Positions 26,501 to 39,920 of a stretch of DNA of 64,000 bases are shown in pieces. The first letter of the stretch is position 1, and each line of letters starts with the position of its first letter. A model generated the notes under the pieces. That model saw only the letters and a list, made by a program, of their open reading frames with translations. It ran no database searches and was not told where the DNA came from. Both the position numbers and the translations under genes were made by a program. This DNA comes from Malacoraja senta. Taxonomy: Eukaryota. The DNA is taken from positions 24,986,001-25,050,000 of the forward strand of contig CM075978.1 in assembly GCA_038087875.1 (NCBI GenBank). The letters run 5' to 3'.

Positions 26501-26600
26501 AGGTAGACACAAAATGCTGGAGTAACTCAATGGGACAGACAGCATCTCTGGAGAGAAGGAATGGGTGACGTTTCGGGTCGAGACCCTTCTTCAGACTGAA
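26501..26600 (-). mobile_element. Penelope-derived 100-bp unit with intact hammerhead-like core
   Basis: Core CTGAAGAAGGGTCTCGACCCGAAACGTC at 26594-26567. 7-bp TSD TATGGCA (26494-26500 and 26601-26607). Confidence 0.85.
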
Positions 26601-29600
26601 TATGGCATCTATTTTGTTATTCGCTGTCATAACAGCTATTAACACTTTACTCAAAGTATCTACTCGATAGAAACATACAGAGCATATATCGGAAATAATA
26701 CAGACTAAGACAGATTGTACCGATTTGTTTTCTGCTTATGTATTATTCTTAATCTTGATATGTAATTTATGTAAGTGCCCTGTTTCTGCTGCACATACAT
26801 GTTGGCATGTAATTTTCAGTTTTATAACATACAATACAGAATTAATATTTATTTTAATTTCTGATATGACTAGAAGCTCAAAATATCCTTTGCTATCTCG
26901 AAACCGTTTTTAGGTTGTATGCATTAAAGTACTTTCAAAATTGATGATTTGTAATTTATACTGAGAATTCTAAAATATATGTCGATTTTAAGTTAACTTT
27001 ATTCTGAATATTTTGTAACAAAATGTGGCCTTAAAGGAATGGTTTGAGTTGCTGCTAAAGAATCGATCCTGTTCACAAATTGCTTCTTTGTTTCACGTCA
27101 ATATGTTTCTCTGATACTGGGGTATGATTGTTTTAAAAATTACAATAAAGTAACAATTCAATATAATATTAATCACAACAGAATAACATACAGTTACAGA
27201 ATTCTAATGCAACATTTCTCAATGCAGAATGGAACGCAGGACAATTTTGTCAAATTTATCTCCAGGTCTGGTAAACATTCGCCTACATCTTGTAATCTTG
27301 CAATTTAGGTATTTTTACTGGAAACAAATTCCCATTTATTCTGCTGCAATCTACTTTGATTTGTAAGGGGTAAAACAATAATGCTAAAATAGGGGGGAAA
27401 ATGCACAACAGAGGAAATTAATTTATAATCATCTGCATATTTATAATATAATGTTTTGAACATTTTCCTTCCAGAATAGCCCAATATTTCATCCAGTCGC
27501 CCAGGTTTATCATTCGAGGTATAAAAATGAACCCAAAAGTCCCATGTAACTTGGAAATAGTTTTCTAAATATCAGTAAATATAAAACTCCTATATTGCTC
27601 ATATTATGTTGTAGTATTTTAAAATGCACAACTTGATAATTATTTGGACAGGATTCACACGCATGGTCAAGAATATGAACACATTACATATTGCAGGCGT
27701 GTCCATCTCGATGTGTACTTTTGTTTTAAAGAGTACGGGCAAGAGAAAAGGTTAGGAAACATGTTCTGCCGCAAATGTTGCCTATGGAATTAAGGCAAAA
27801 AGCAACAAGGCAGGTTACTCTGGGTTTTGGGGAGAGCCTATGCTCTAATCCTATAGTTCCACCTAATTAATTTCTCTTTTATGGAGCTGCATTTCATGAT
27901 TGTATCTTGTTTGAAGGAGATTAGGAGTCGCACACTTCATTAACAAGGTGTAAATGATCAGAGCCCCTCTCCATCCACCTGCCTAATTGGGTTAATGAAG
28001 TGTCTCTGCGGAATATGTTGCAGAAACAAACCGCCCAATCCTCACAGATTTACCGCTCTGCAACATCCAATCCTTCAATTGCACAAAGACCACACCAACT
28101 CGCAGCGAAGATCGCAGGTTTGCTTTTACAATTTCGATGTCAGTAAAATAATCTGACTCTTATCAAATTATACCAAAATGCGAAATGAATTCATTGCACC
28201 GAATCATTCAACTCCACTCTAGTTTTTTTTTTAATGATCTAAACACTATCAATCTAATTAATACGGTCTGTGCTTAACCTATGTCATTTGTTTCATATCT
28301 GTTAGTTATATAACTGGGCAAATATTTTCCCTCTGCCAACTATATCGCAGTAATAAGCGCAGAGCATGGTGTACTGCAATACCGGGACGCTTCTAATTCA
28401 CACTATAACGCGCAGAATTCGCGATTCAATTCAGCTCTCGACCGATAGCATAATTAGAAAAGTATCGATTTTCGCCTGACTAAATATACTTTGACCATTA
28501 TATATTTTCCAAAGAAAATGTGTTATCCACTATATATTATTCCAAAGAAATATCTTCCAAACGCTAGGGTAATTCACCTAGGGTAAAGGTCCAATTCACC
28601 TCTACCCCACTACGGATATTGCACTTTGTCTTTGGTACTGATGCGCTAAAATGCAGAGAACTCTTTTTTGCGTTCTGAATCTTTTCCTTCGCTCTGCTTA
28701 TTTTACTTAAGTTTGGCTTGATGGTATTTATGTACAGTGTTACCTAATTTGAGTGGATAACTCTCAAAAAGTAAAACTTTTCACTGTATATCGGTAGACG
28801 TGACCGTAATAACCTAAATCAACGTTGTCTAACAGCAGGCATTCTGAATGGTCAGTGTTTGCTATTCTATGAACGGAAATCTGAATCCCACTTTAATAGC
28901 TGAAGCTTAAACAATGTTCCGAGGAGAACAAAACTTACTTTTCAATGTTAGGGTTTATTCGTGAACCTGGGCCCTCACTGGCACGAACAATACTTAAACC
29001 CAATAAACAAACCTGAAGCATGTGCTCCAGAGATGCTGCCAGACCCGCTGAGTAACGTTGTGTCCAGCACTTTGTGTTCTGCAATACATACATCTAGCCT
29101 CGATTAAGAACACCAGATTTAAAATTGCGATAAGATGATAATCAAAAGATAGGGTTTAAAACAGTTTAAAGCTCTCGGAGAATGTTTTACCATACGGCAC
29201 TAGAAGCCTGTAATCCGCATCAAAGTAGGTTACAGCAGTTTACATTCCCGGTTGCATTTCAAGTAAAAGCTCATATAGTGAGAGCGTGGATATTGTGTTA
29301 GTTTGGGAATGTGTTAATTTTTTCCAAGATTTGATGACCCAAGATGGTTGTTGTTCTAAGTATACATTCAGTAAATGCCAACTTGGATAAGGATAAAACT
29401 TCAACTGCTGAGAGAGAAAGCTGTTGTTTCCTAACACTTTTGTTGGAAATGTTGACTCTAGATGCATTGTAACTCGGGACACCACACGCCTTTTTGGTGG
29501 TGTTAAAGGCGTTCGATTGTACTTAGTTTGACGATAAGTTCGGGGAAGTGCACGGTTAATGGCGCATTTGCAGCAGGACCAACTTTAACTGGAAATTACA

Positions 29601-30944
29601 TGATATTCACACGGTTCAGCAGTGTGTCACAGTCAACAGATGCTGTCCGAGTCCACACTTTCGCCCAGAATATTCCCATGATGCATGTAGGAGGAGCATT
29701 CTCACCTCTGTGTGATGTTTAACTCGTACGTGTAGCTATATATGTATGTCTGCCACCTGCGGTGTTCATTTGAAATCGAAATATATATTTATTGGAAAAA
29801 ACAAAATTCGATTGAATGTACTCTGATTAAGAGTGGCGCAGTCAATAGTTAGATTGTAATCACACACACGTTACATCTTGTTCATTTGCCTACCAATCCT
29901 AATTCGAAAGGTAAAAAGTTCAAGTAAACGACTCTATCAGGTATGACAATGGGGACATTAAAAATAACAAAATAACAATCAAAAGCTTAAAACAAGCCAA
30001 TCCCATTTAAATCACAGACTCGATTGAAGTATGTTATTTTCAGATCTTGAAAACGAAACATTTTTGTCTTAATCATGTTAAGCTTATAATATACATTGTG
30101 AAATACCATAAGTCTCAATTTAGTCGTTCATTTTAAAAAATGTATTACCTAAGCTCGCTCTCTCCGTCTCATCTATATATAACATACATATTTATAGCTA
30201 CGATTGCTAATTAAATGATTTGGACAGCGAATACTTAAATATTGAATTCAGATTGCGGTAAATCAAAATGTCATCGGGTGATTCCCAGACAATACATCTG
30301 GCTGGACTCCATCCCCTCCTCTGCGGTAAAGATCTCACGTGCAGTCGGAAATTGCGGGGAGACGGATCTAAAACATGTCCTATTCAGGATCTATACCGGG
30401 TGAGACTGCAAGTTGTATAATTTCTGCGGAGTTTCTGGTGGCAGTTGTTCGATCGGTCACGAATATGTTTCGCAACAATAAATTAAAAAATAGTGTCAGA
30501 ATGTGAACAGCTGCCAAAGAACGGCCTCAGCCCCACCAGAACGAATATTTATTTAGTTAGAATTAACGCATTTCTTCCGCTAAATGTGGACGGCAGGATA
30601 CCTTTTTAAGTAACGATTTAATTCAGAGTGAATGAGTCCGACTAATCCGGTGTGATTTTATAATTGAAGATGACCAATATCCTAATGCCTAATATTCTCA
30701 ATCTGACACAACTTTGAAAACTATCAAATGCAAGTGTTCGTGTTGTTAACTTGTTCGTGGACAGCAGGCGCGGTTGAAAATGAAACCTTAAACTCTTCTT
30801 TGTAAAGTTAGAAATATTTTGTTGAGTAAACAAATTAGAAATATTGTTGGACTTAAAATGATGTGTAAGTGGTTTATGTTAGATACATTTCGGTGACCAG
30901 AACAGGTTTACAATATTCACGTGGTTCATCGGGAGTGTCGGAGA

Positions 30945-31480
30945 CGTAGATTCATTTCAGCGGTAACGCCGATCGCCAGAGAGTTCGAGTTTCATAACTT
31001 GATGGGGTCTGTGAATAGGGGCGGGATGATAGGATCAGGACAGGGACTGAAAGGTGTAGATACTCGATGCCTTGTGGTGTGAAGCGCATTCAGCTACAAC
31101 CTATCGACCATTGCAGCCTTCTTGTTCGTTGTGCTAAGGGGAAGGGAATGGACGGGATTCCTAGTGAGTTCTCATGCAAAGAAATGTTAACATATTAGTT
31201 TCCCAATCAAGTCAATAGTATTTAATTGCCAGATGTACTGTCAAGGAAACGATTAAATTCTTACTTGCAACAGCATAATAGGCCTGTAAACACAATACAC
31301 ATAGATTAAAACATAGATACATGTGTAAGAAGGAACTGCAGATTGGAAACAGGCCTTTCGTCCCACCGAGTACACACCGACCATCGATCATCCGTTCACA
31401 CTCGTTCTATGTTCTCCCATTTTCTCAACCACGCCCTACACATTCGGGGAAATTAACAGAGGCCAATTAATCGACGACCC
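30945..31480. mobile_element. Cluster of old repeat fragments (CR1 +, Rex-type tail -, HE1-like SINE 3' half -)
   Basis: 30945-31200 resembles decayed CR1. 31210-31310 is a reversed LINE tail. 31345-31480 is the reverse complement of the SINE body seen at 60670-60825. Confidence 0.6.
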
Positions 31481-34424
31481 CAAATATATAATAAATAAAA
31501 TATCATATATAATAAACTAAAAGTCAATAAATTGTAATATCAATACCAGTGCAACAGAAATATTCAAGCGAACATGCCCCAAAATGATTGATGTGTTATG
31601 AGTCGAAATGTCAAATTTGACTGGGGCATGACAACAAAAACAGAATATATTTACTTTACGTACGCATTCAATCAAATACCATTGCAAATTTCACATGGCA
31701 ATTTTGCATAAGATTGAGACAAGATTGAAAGCATGGAGCCATGTTTTACCTGATGGTTGTAGTGTACGCGATTAGATCGGACTTCGGGCGCTTTCTGTGC
31801 GGTTTAGGAGAGGCACCTACACATGCCAAGAGATGCCAGTTTCACTGGAGGCGCCGCGCACATATCCCAACACGTTAGGCGGGGTAGTTCTGATTGAAGA
31901 GATAACATCGAATACTTGAAAAAAACAACTAAGATTAAAATAATTATTCTGTAGAATAACAGAAGAAATGTTTAATTCTCAAAGTGGCCGAATGAAAAGG
32001 TGAATGAAATGAGGCAGTCGGAGCAGCACTTACATTTTATCAGACCGAACTGATTTTTTTCTAAGCATTTACGTCTAATCACAATTTTCCATTCTTGTTT
32101 TTAAGAATACTTTCTAATTAATTTTCTCGGCCCGCCTTATTCAAAGGAGCAAATCGTTTTGTCCAAGGTTTTTTTTTTTGTGTTTACATTTCCTAAAATG
32201 TGTTCGCACTGTCCATTCCTGTCAGCCTGTCTCCGCGTAGTGTCTGCCTTTGGCACTGTATGGCAACTTTACGAGCAAGGGAGGGTGAATTCACCTTTTA
32301 AATATTTATTCCGATTCTGCGCTGCTATCTGATATGTATTCTGCCCCCCGATGCAAGAACAGTAATGACAAATGAACCCTGTCTCCTGCCCAAATAGAAA
32401 TTACATAGATAATTACACTAGCACGACGTATACTGAGTTTATGTTAGAAATTCCCTGTCATTTCAATGTACAATAATCTACAAGGCAACCGTGAGACATA
32501 CCTGACAATGTTTCGGCTGATTGTATTTTTTAAATTTAATACACTGCCATATCTCCAGTGCACTGGATGTGCGAAACATTGCCAACTTACTGCTGATCAT
32601 ATGCAGAGGGGAAAGCGGCGCTTCGATTCCAGATTCCATGATCATGTTTTTTATGGATGATTTAAGAATACGGGGACAACAATACAGGGGAATCTTTCTC
32701 CATTGGCCATTTTAGTTCAAAAATCCCCCCCGTACGAAATAGAGATTTAGGAACACATTAAGAAACCTTAAAACACCTTCAAGGAACACCTCAAATATTA
32801 CCTTGGCTGTCCATAATGCGTTTCCTTCAAACATTGAGGAACATTTCTCTTATGGTAGGCACGGGCCTCTCCTGTCGGGTATTTGCGCTGACTGGTTGGC
32901 CTAGTTTAACGTTAGTTTGTTGGAATCGCTAGGATCGCATGCGTGTAACGATGGGACTGCGATTGTTTGTCCCAATTACTTTCCTGTAGTTGTTCGCAGC
33001 GACGAATCTTCTGCAAAATGTTTGCACACTTCGTTCACGTGAGATTCATTATTCATGTAAAGGCTGCCGAAACAAACATAAATTGTTGCTCAAACTTCAT
33101 CAAATAGAGCCCAACGTTTCCCATGTGTTGTGTTTGCCTGGATAAAGAGCTAGATGCTGCATTATGTAACATCTTACTAAATTTCGTAGAAAGGACAATC
33201 TGCCAATGAACGGCCATATATCCAAAAAGTGGTCAATTCTACATAATCTGATTCGGATAAAGATAAATAAATAATAAGTGGAACATCACCCCACATCGAA
33301 TGTATTAAACTGTTTGTGTCTCGGGTGACCAGTCATCCTTCAGTATCCAATATTTAGGCGTAGATGGATATATTAATATGGTGTGTTAATTAATCATTGG
33401 CTTTCGGATGTCCACACTTCTGAGGTGTTATGCAATGTTACATTGAACTCGAAAGAATCCGTGTTCAGGGTCTACTTATCACATGCATTGAAATCATAAT
33501 TTTCAATCTTCCTGAAATATTCAATATGTTGTAATAATATTTGTAAGTATTTAATGTTCTGCGTTTTATTAGACACAATAGAACGACGATTACATGTCCA
33601 TGATCTTTCTTTATTGTGGTTATTAATGTATTACTTTTTCTTTATTATATATTTTTCTGTGCGTATCGTGTTTACGGGCCTATTAAGCTGCGGCAAGCAA
33701 AATAAATAATTTTATTGTTCCGGTGTCGGTACATATGACAGTTAAACATTTTTGACTCTTAACGTGCTTGTACCATCTTACACGTTGCAAAGCACCACTG
33801 TCTGTGCCTGTCCTTTAAAATAAACAATGGATTAGCTGAAGTTAATGAATTTCAATCACATACTTTTTGGGATTATTTCTCTCCTTCCGCAAATGTTATA
33901 TCAAACTTGCCAATTCCACAGGTCGAGTAGGTCTGTTCACCGTGATTTCTAAACTCAAGCGCCCAAACGGATGCGCCTTGGGAATATCTTCTAACTCTGC
34001 GGAGGCTACCTAAATGCAGGTTGTTGTTGCACAACAGGCTGTAGATTTCCCGCAAAAAAGGAACCGGAAGTCAGGCACAGCTCATAAGACACAGTAAAAT
34101 AAAATTGAAAGACACTCCTAAACACCCAGACATACATACAGACAGCTTTATAAATATATATCGGGGTACTTGTGGCGGGGAAGGGTCAGGGAAGAGATAA
34201 GCCGGGCGAGACTCAGAGAAAATCTCACCTGGCCACGCCGTTCGTTGAAAGGCTAGCCATCCATTCAATCACACAGACACCGACACCGGCATGTGCAGAT
34301 GCGGGTGGCGAGAGGCGGGGAGGGTATAGATTGGGAAATATTTTACAAAAGCTGGCTACCATTCCCAAATGTCTGCGTTTGTTGAGTTTGCTCCATTTTG
34401 TTCACAAAATAGATCAGAAACGTG

Positions 34425-34562
34425 AAAGCGGGAGCGGTCAGGAGATGAGAGACATGATGGATGGATGGGTGGATGGGTCGGTCTGTTACTACCAAAGCGG
34501 GAGAGGTGAGGAGATGAGAGACATGATGGATGGATGGGTCGGTCGGTCTGTTGCTACCAAAG
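34425..34562. repeat. Two-copy ~69-bp tandem repeat
   Basis: AAAGCGGGAG.GGT.AGGAGATGAGAGACATGATGGATGGATGGGT...GGTCGGTCTGTT.CTACC occurs twice, starting at 34425 and 34494. Confidence 0.92.
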
Positions 34563-36684
34563 TACATTCTCTGATTTATTATCGTTCATATCGTCAACAA
34601 ATACAAACCTACTAATTGGCAGCGTAAACGGAGCGTGAACTTCGTCTGTGTGGCCCAGAGAGACAATCGCTGCTACATATCAAGGTGGTCTGAAATCGTA
34701 AATGTATTAACCGAATACGAGTGTCCTGGCAATTAGTTGTAAGAAACTTTTCACCAATTGACTATACTTTCCTAATTCCCACCATTGCGCGAGTGATCTT
34801 AAACGTGAAATACAATTGAGATTGAAACGATTCCAACTCCAACACAATTCAGTTGATTCAGAAAAAAAAGGCGATGCAAATGTTTATTAACTGTGTATAT
34901 TTGCAGAAATGTTTAAAGTTCCAGTCATTTGTTCTTAATTTCTAGTGTTTTGCGGAGGCTAACTCCGAGGCAGATCAAAAAGGAACATTTTGACTGAAAT
35001 ACGTTATAGGTTTTACATCTAGACTTATAAAACAGGCCGAGAAATGTTCTTCAATTAATTAATATTACAACCAGTTTGATTTGCTATGACTCCTAGTGGT
35101 ACTTGTATTAAATAAAGATCATGAGCTCGATCGTATCCGGGTTTTAAGACCGAATGTTGGAAACCAAATTGAATAACTAGACCGGTGTGCAATAATATGT
35201 TTTCACTACGCCAAAGGTGTTCTATATGTTCCAAAGTTAGGATGGGATATTGCAATGTGGTTATTTCAAGGAGTTACTAGCGTCGCAATGCAAACTGACG
35301 TTTATACCCTAAAATGAATTTCTTGTGGAAGGAGGAATTCATTTTAATGGCCGTACACATTTTGAACACATCTGTAATCTTGCTAATCCTTTCCCCATGT
35401 TGGTAATGATTGCACCAAAGGACGCGCTCTTTGACGTGAAGACTGACGTTTGGTTTGATGCACACTTATTAAAATAGTGTAGAGTGTGTGCTGCCTGGAT
35501 GTGATTTTGATGTATTGATAGGAGATACATTGTAATTCTGTTTGAAGGAGATCCTGTTTGAACGCGATTTTGCGTCAGGTTACATTGTTTGCATTCAGAC
35601 ACTTGATATGTGCTGTCATCTTAATGTAAGTCAAGATTGAAGTTAAGTCTCTGCATTATTACTTGTTAGGAAGTATAGCACACGGGGGTCATATTAAAGC
35701 CTCCTTAATCGGCAACTAAATCAGGAGAGTAACAAAATAGTGGGTGGGATCTGCTTGTAGAATGGATATGGGGAGTTATCAACCAGTTTAGCAGCAAACG
35801 TGATATTTATTATGAAGAAATGATCGAAATTTCACAAGACTTTTTTTTCTATCATAAAATAAACACTGTACATAACCGAATATTTATATGAATTAGTTGG
35901 ACAATAAATATTTGAAATGGACAAAAAAAAATCACTTGTAAAAAGCACAATTTATGAATTATTTTGCCTCACCTACATTTACATTGAAAACACTTACAAT
36001 ACCCACTAAAAAATGAAAGTATGTTGCAGAGACTAGTTTCCAGGTCTAACCCGTCCTTTTTTTTTTACATAATAAGAAATACTAACTACAAAAGTATCCT
36101 GTACATAACAAATTTGATAAAATTTGAGAACTTTCAGGGAGAATAAACAAGTAAAGCGCCTAGCGTGTTTAGCTTCAGAATTTGCTGGTCGGAGTATGTA
36201 TAATATATATCAATATATCTACACATATTCAGATTCAGGCATCATCTGCGCATCATTTTCTACAATAATTTGTCTCCTCTCGTTGTAAAACTTATAAACA
36301 GAGGGCGTGTATCTATCTGTGCCTCTAAAATGGGAAACCAAAATGGAAAAACAGGATACCTGGTGTAGTGCAAATTTTCACCACTCCAATGTAACAGACC
36401 GGCTGCCAGCTATAAAGCATATTATTATCCTTATGTTTGATGATGGGAATATGAAGGGAGGAGTATTATGTGTGTGTGTTTGGGGGGGGGGGGGGGGAGG
36501 TGCAGAGGGAAAAAAGGACAGATCACCTGAACATACATTTTTTGGTAAACTGATGGACCCTAATGGCAGACTTGAAGTCGCGGCACTTTTTGTACACACT
36601 CATTGCAAGTGCCAGTAAGCGGCGTGGTTTCTATAGTTTGTTTATCGGATATTGTTTAAGATTGAACCGTGGAAGACAAATCAA

Positions 36685-37446
36685 AAATTGTGCTTGAATG
36701 ACTTTAATGTAGCCACACGGATCTGTCGACTCCAGTATGGTTAACGTTTATGCATATATAACATTATTAACATCTGCAAACAATTTAGAGCTAATTTCTG
36801 AATACTTGATCCTCCATGGGACCAATACAACTGATCACATTTTAAAGATATTGGCATCAGTGTGATAGAACCTTAGCGTCCATGTGAAGTCTGTAGTCAG
36901 GATGAAGCAGTCACAGTTCAATTTATGTTTGAAGGCGCTCGTTTCAAACGATGGCGGGTATTTATTTTTTTCCAGCAGAATTTGGCTCCATTTGAATTCA
37001 GCAGAACCTCCACCACCCCCCACCACACACCAGCCAGTCTCTCTTGTCCAACAGCATCAAGCGGTTCACATACTTGCATACAGTACAGCAAATCATACTT
37101 GTTTTTGAGTCTAACACAAATAAAAACACAGATGTACCACTGATATAAGACGCACACTGATTGTCTCTGAGGACTACATATGGAGACCCTTATAAACATT
37201 TTTAAATAAAGTAGTGCATCTGTGACAACCAATCGCACAATTCACACAGCCCTGATGGTCCTTTATGTTTTAAATGCCAACCTTTAAAAAAAAATGGCTA
37301 ACATTGGAATAATCACAAATATTGTCCTGTCCATTCCAAAGTGTTCAACCTCCAGACTTGGCCACAAGCATGGGAATTATGTCGTTTCGTGCTCGAAGAT
37401 CTGACATTGGAATGATTTGTCCAGGTTCAAACAGAGTCCCAGCACT
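36685..37446 (-). other. Otx2 3' UTR (short form)
   Basis: Repeat-free sequence after the stop codon. Candidate poly(A) signals on the minus strand are AATAAA (36961-36966) and ATTAAA (36703-36708), the latter followed by a U-rich tract. Confidence 0.6.
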
Positions 37447-38070
37447 TCACAAAACTTGGAACTTCCACGAGGACGTTTGATCTTTGTAATCCAAGCAGTC
37501 GGCGTTGAAATTGAGTTTCCATGAAGCTGTCTGGTCTTTATAATCCAAGCAATCGGTGGAATTAAAACCTAATCCGCCGGCCGGGTAGCCTTGGGCGGAG
37601 AGGGAGGCCGGAGACTGGTTAAGGTGGCCAGCGGTGACTGCGTTTGTGCCCATGGGACTGAGCCCCGTGCCTGGGGCGGGGAGTTGGTGATGCATCGGGG
37701 ACAGGTAAGAGCCGCAGTCCATTCCCCCAAAGTAGGACGTGGATCCGGCATATCCCTGCGTGTAACCCGAGGCTTGGGAGTAGGTCATGGGGTAAGAACG
37801 CTGCATGCAAGACGAGGACGTGGAGAGGCAGTCAGGGGCGATGGGTGATATGGAAGCGGGGCTCCAGATTGACACCGGGGCTGTGCTGCTCGAGATGGCC
37901 GTCGCCGAGGTGCTGGAGGGCGGCGTGAATTGGCCGCCGGCCACGCTTTCAGAACCCAGCTCCCGGGCAGGAGAACTCTTCTTCTTCGCGGGTCTAACTT
38001 TATGCTGCCCTCCGTTCTGCTGTTGTTGCTGCTGCTGGCGACACTTTGCTCGGCGGTTTTTGAACCACAC
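37447..38070 (-). CDS. OTX2: Otx2 coding exon 3 (624 nt including TGA)
   Basis: Poly-T tract and AG acceptor at 38072-38071. It encodes VWFKNRRAK (K50 paired-like homeodomain), poly-Q, KVRPAKKK, the SIWSPA motif and the tandem OTX tail (DCLDYKDQ twice, ending WKFQVL). There is no Otx1-type His tract, and [18 protein letters not shown] is Otx2-like. Spliced CDS is 97+152+624=873 nt = 290 aa plus stop. Confidence 0.97.
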   Translation of the reverse strand: MWFKNRRAKCRQQQQQQQNGGQHKVRPAKKKSSPARELGSESVAGGQFTPPSSTSATAISSSTAPVSIWSPASISPIAPDCLSTSSSCMQRSYPMTYSQASGYTQGYAGSTSYFGGMDCGSYLSPMHHQLPAPGTGLSPMGTNAVTAGHLNQSPASLSAQGYPAGGLGFNSTDCLDYKDQTASWKLNFNADCLDYKDQTSSWKFQVL

Positions 38071-38420
38071 CTTAAAAAAAAACAAAAAAAAGTTCAACCG
38101 TAACACAAAAAAGCATTTACTGAATCAATGCAATTAATTAATGTGAGATAAAATTACTGCAAATACAAATATCTTTGATTGTCCCTTCGCTGAGTTCCTG
38201 GTGTTAAGATAACTAGTTCCCATTCTAATCGATAAACAATATTTCTTATCAATATTAATGACCATAATCTTCAGGACGAAAATCGAATATGAGTTTTTGG
38301 ATCTTTTACATCAGTTCCTATTTTGTACGTAAAGGAGGGATATGATCCTGCATAATTTTACCCTGAATAATTACATGTACAGGATGAAATCTTGTAACAC
38401 ACACCATAACATTATCTCGG

Positions 38421-38532
38421 AAAAGACACACAATGCTGGAGTAACTCAGCGGGTCAGACTGCCTGACAAGCCGTGTTAGTACAACACTTTTTTTTTTTTT
38501 TGGTAAACCGGCAACTGCAGTTACTTGTGTTT
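38421..38532. mobile_element. Collapsed palindromic Penelope-derived remnant in the last Otx2 intron
   Basis: GACACACAATGCTGGAGTAACTCAGCGGGTCAG is followed by the decayed inverted arm and GGTAAACC.GCA.CTGCAGTT. The central core is deleted. Confidence 0.65.
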
Positions 38533-38731
38533 ATTAACCTATCTCATCGAGTTTACGACCGTTCGTTAATAATCCCTTTTAGAAAATCGCAGACCTATCA
38601 CGAGTTCCCCGCACAGCGACTGACCCCCTGGTTCAATCCGATCCCATTTTAAAGAATTCCCTCCTCAGTGAAGCCGAATTGGCGTCGGAACAGGAGCGCC
38701 GGGCGTGCTCCCGGGGAAGGAAAGTGTGTTA

Positions 38732-38992
<261 letters not shown>

Positions 38993-39211
38993 TCACTCTC
39001 CAGGCAAAAACGATTTAGGCTTCATTCCTTTCTCACAACCAAGGCCATTCTCGCTTTAATGTTTGCCGCGGAGAGAAAGAATTCGGCTAGTTAGAAGTTT
39101 AATCAAGAGAGAGAATTGTCGCCCAAATGTTTTACGCTCATGGGAAAACACATTTTTCAAAGGGAATGGGACATGAGAATGTGTCTGCTGCCCTTCAATA
39201 AATCTAATTTA

Positions 39212-39533
<322 letters not shown>

Positions 39534-39599
39534 CTATACACATACAGACACGCAGAGAGTAAAAGAGCGTGTTAAGAGGAAGGATCCAGAAGAGCTGTT

Positions 39600-39920
39600 G
39601 TATCTCCGATCACTCAAAGTATCTGATCCCTCTATAGATCCCAGCCTGTCCCTTTAAAGCATCCGGGGACCCCCAGCTGCCTCTTGAACCAAGGGATGCT
39701 GAACGGATAAATATGTCCCCCAAAACGTGCTACACCCATTCTTCCAACACGCCCTTCCCCACACACACACACACACACACAACAAAACAAATAATTCAGA
39801 TGCGCACACCACATTGTTAGCATTGCAATTTGCATAGATCCCATTCGTTAGCATCAAGCTGTTATCACGCTAATTGGTTCAAACAAAAAACTTGATTGGG
39901 ACCATTTGCAAAGACAGTGG
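39600..39920 (-). promoter_or_regulatory. Otx2 proximal promoter/enhancer region
   Basis: Lies 200-500 bp upstream of the ATG. Contains an octamer ATTTGCAT (39828-39835), a Sox-type CATTGTT (39812-39818), two minus-strand CCAAT boxes flanking a Fox-type TGTTTG (about 39872-39899), and CTAATTGG. Confidence 0.6.

Noticed and set aside
34060-34170. ETS-like CCGGAAGT and TATA-like TATAAATATA suggesting an antisense promoter
   Set aside because: Isolated short motifs with no supporting exon structure. The downstream 147-aa ORF is partly the 69-bp tandem repeat.
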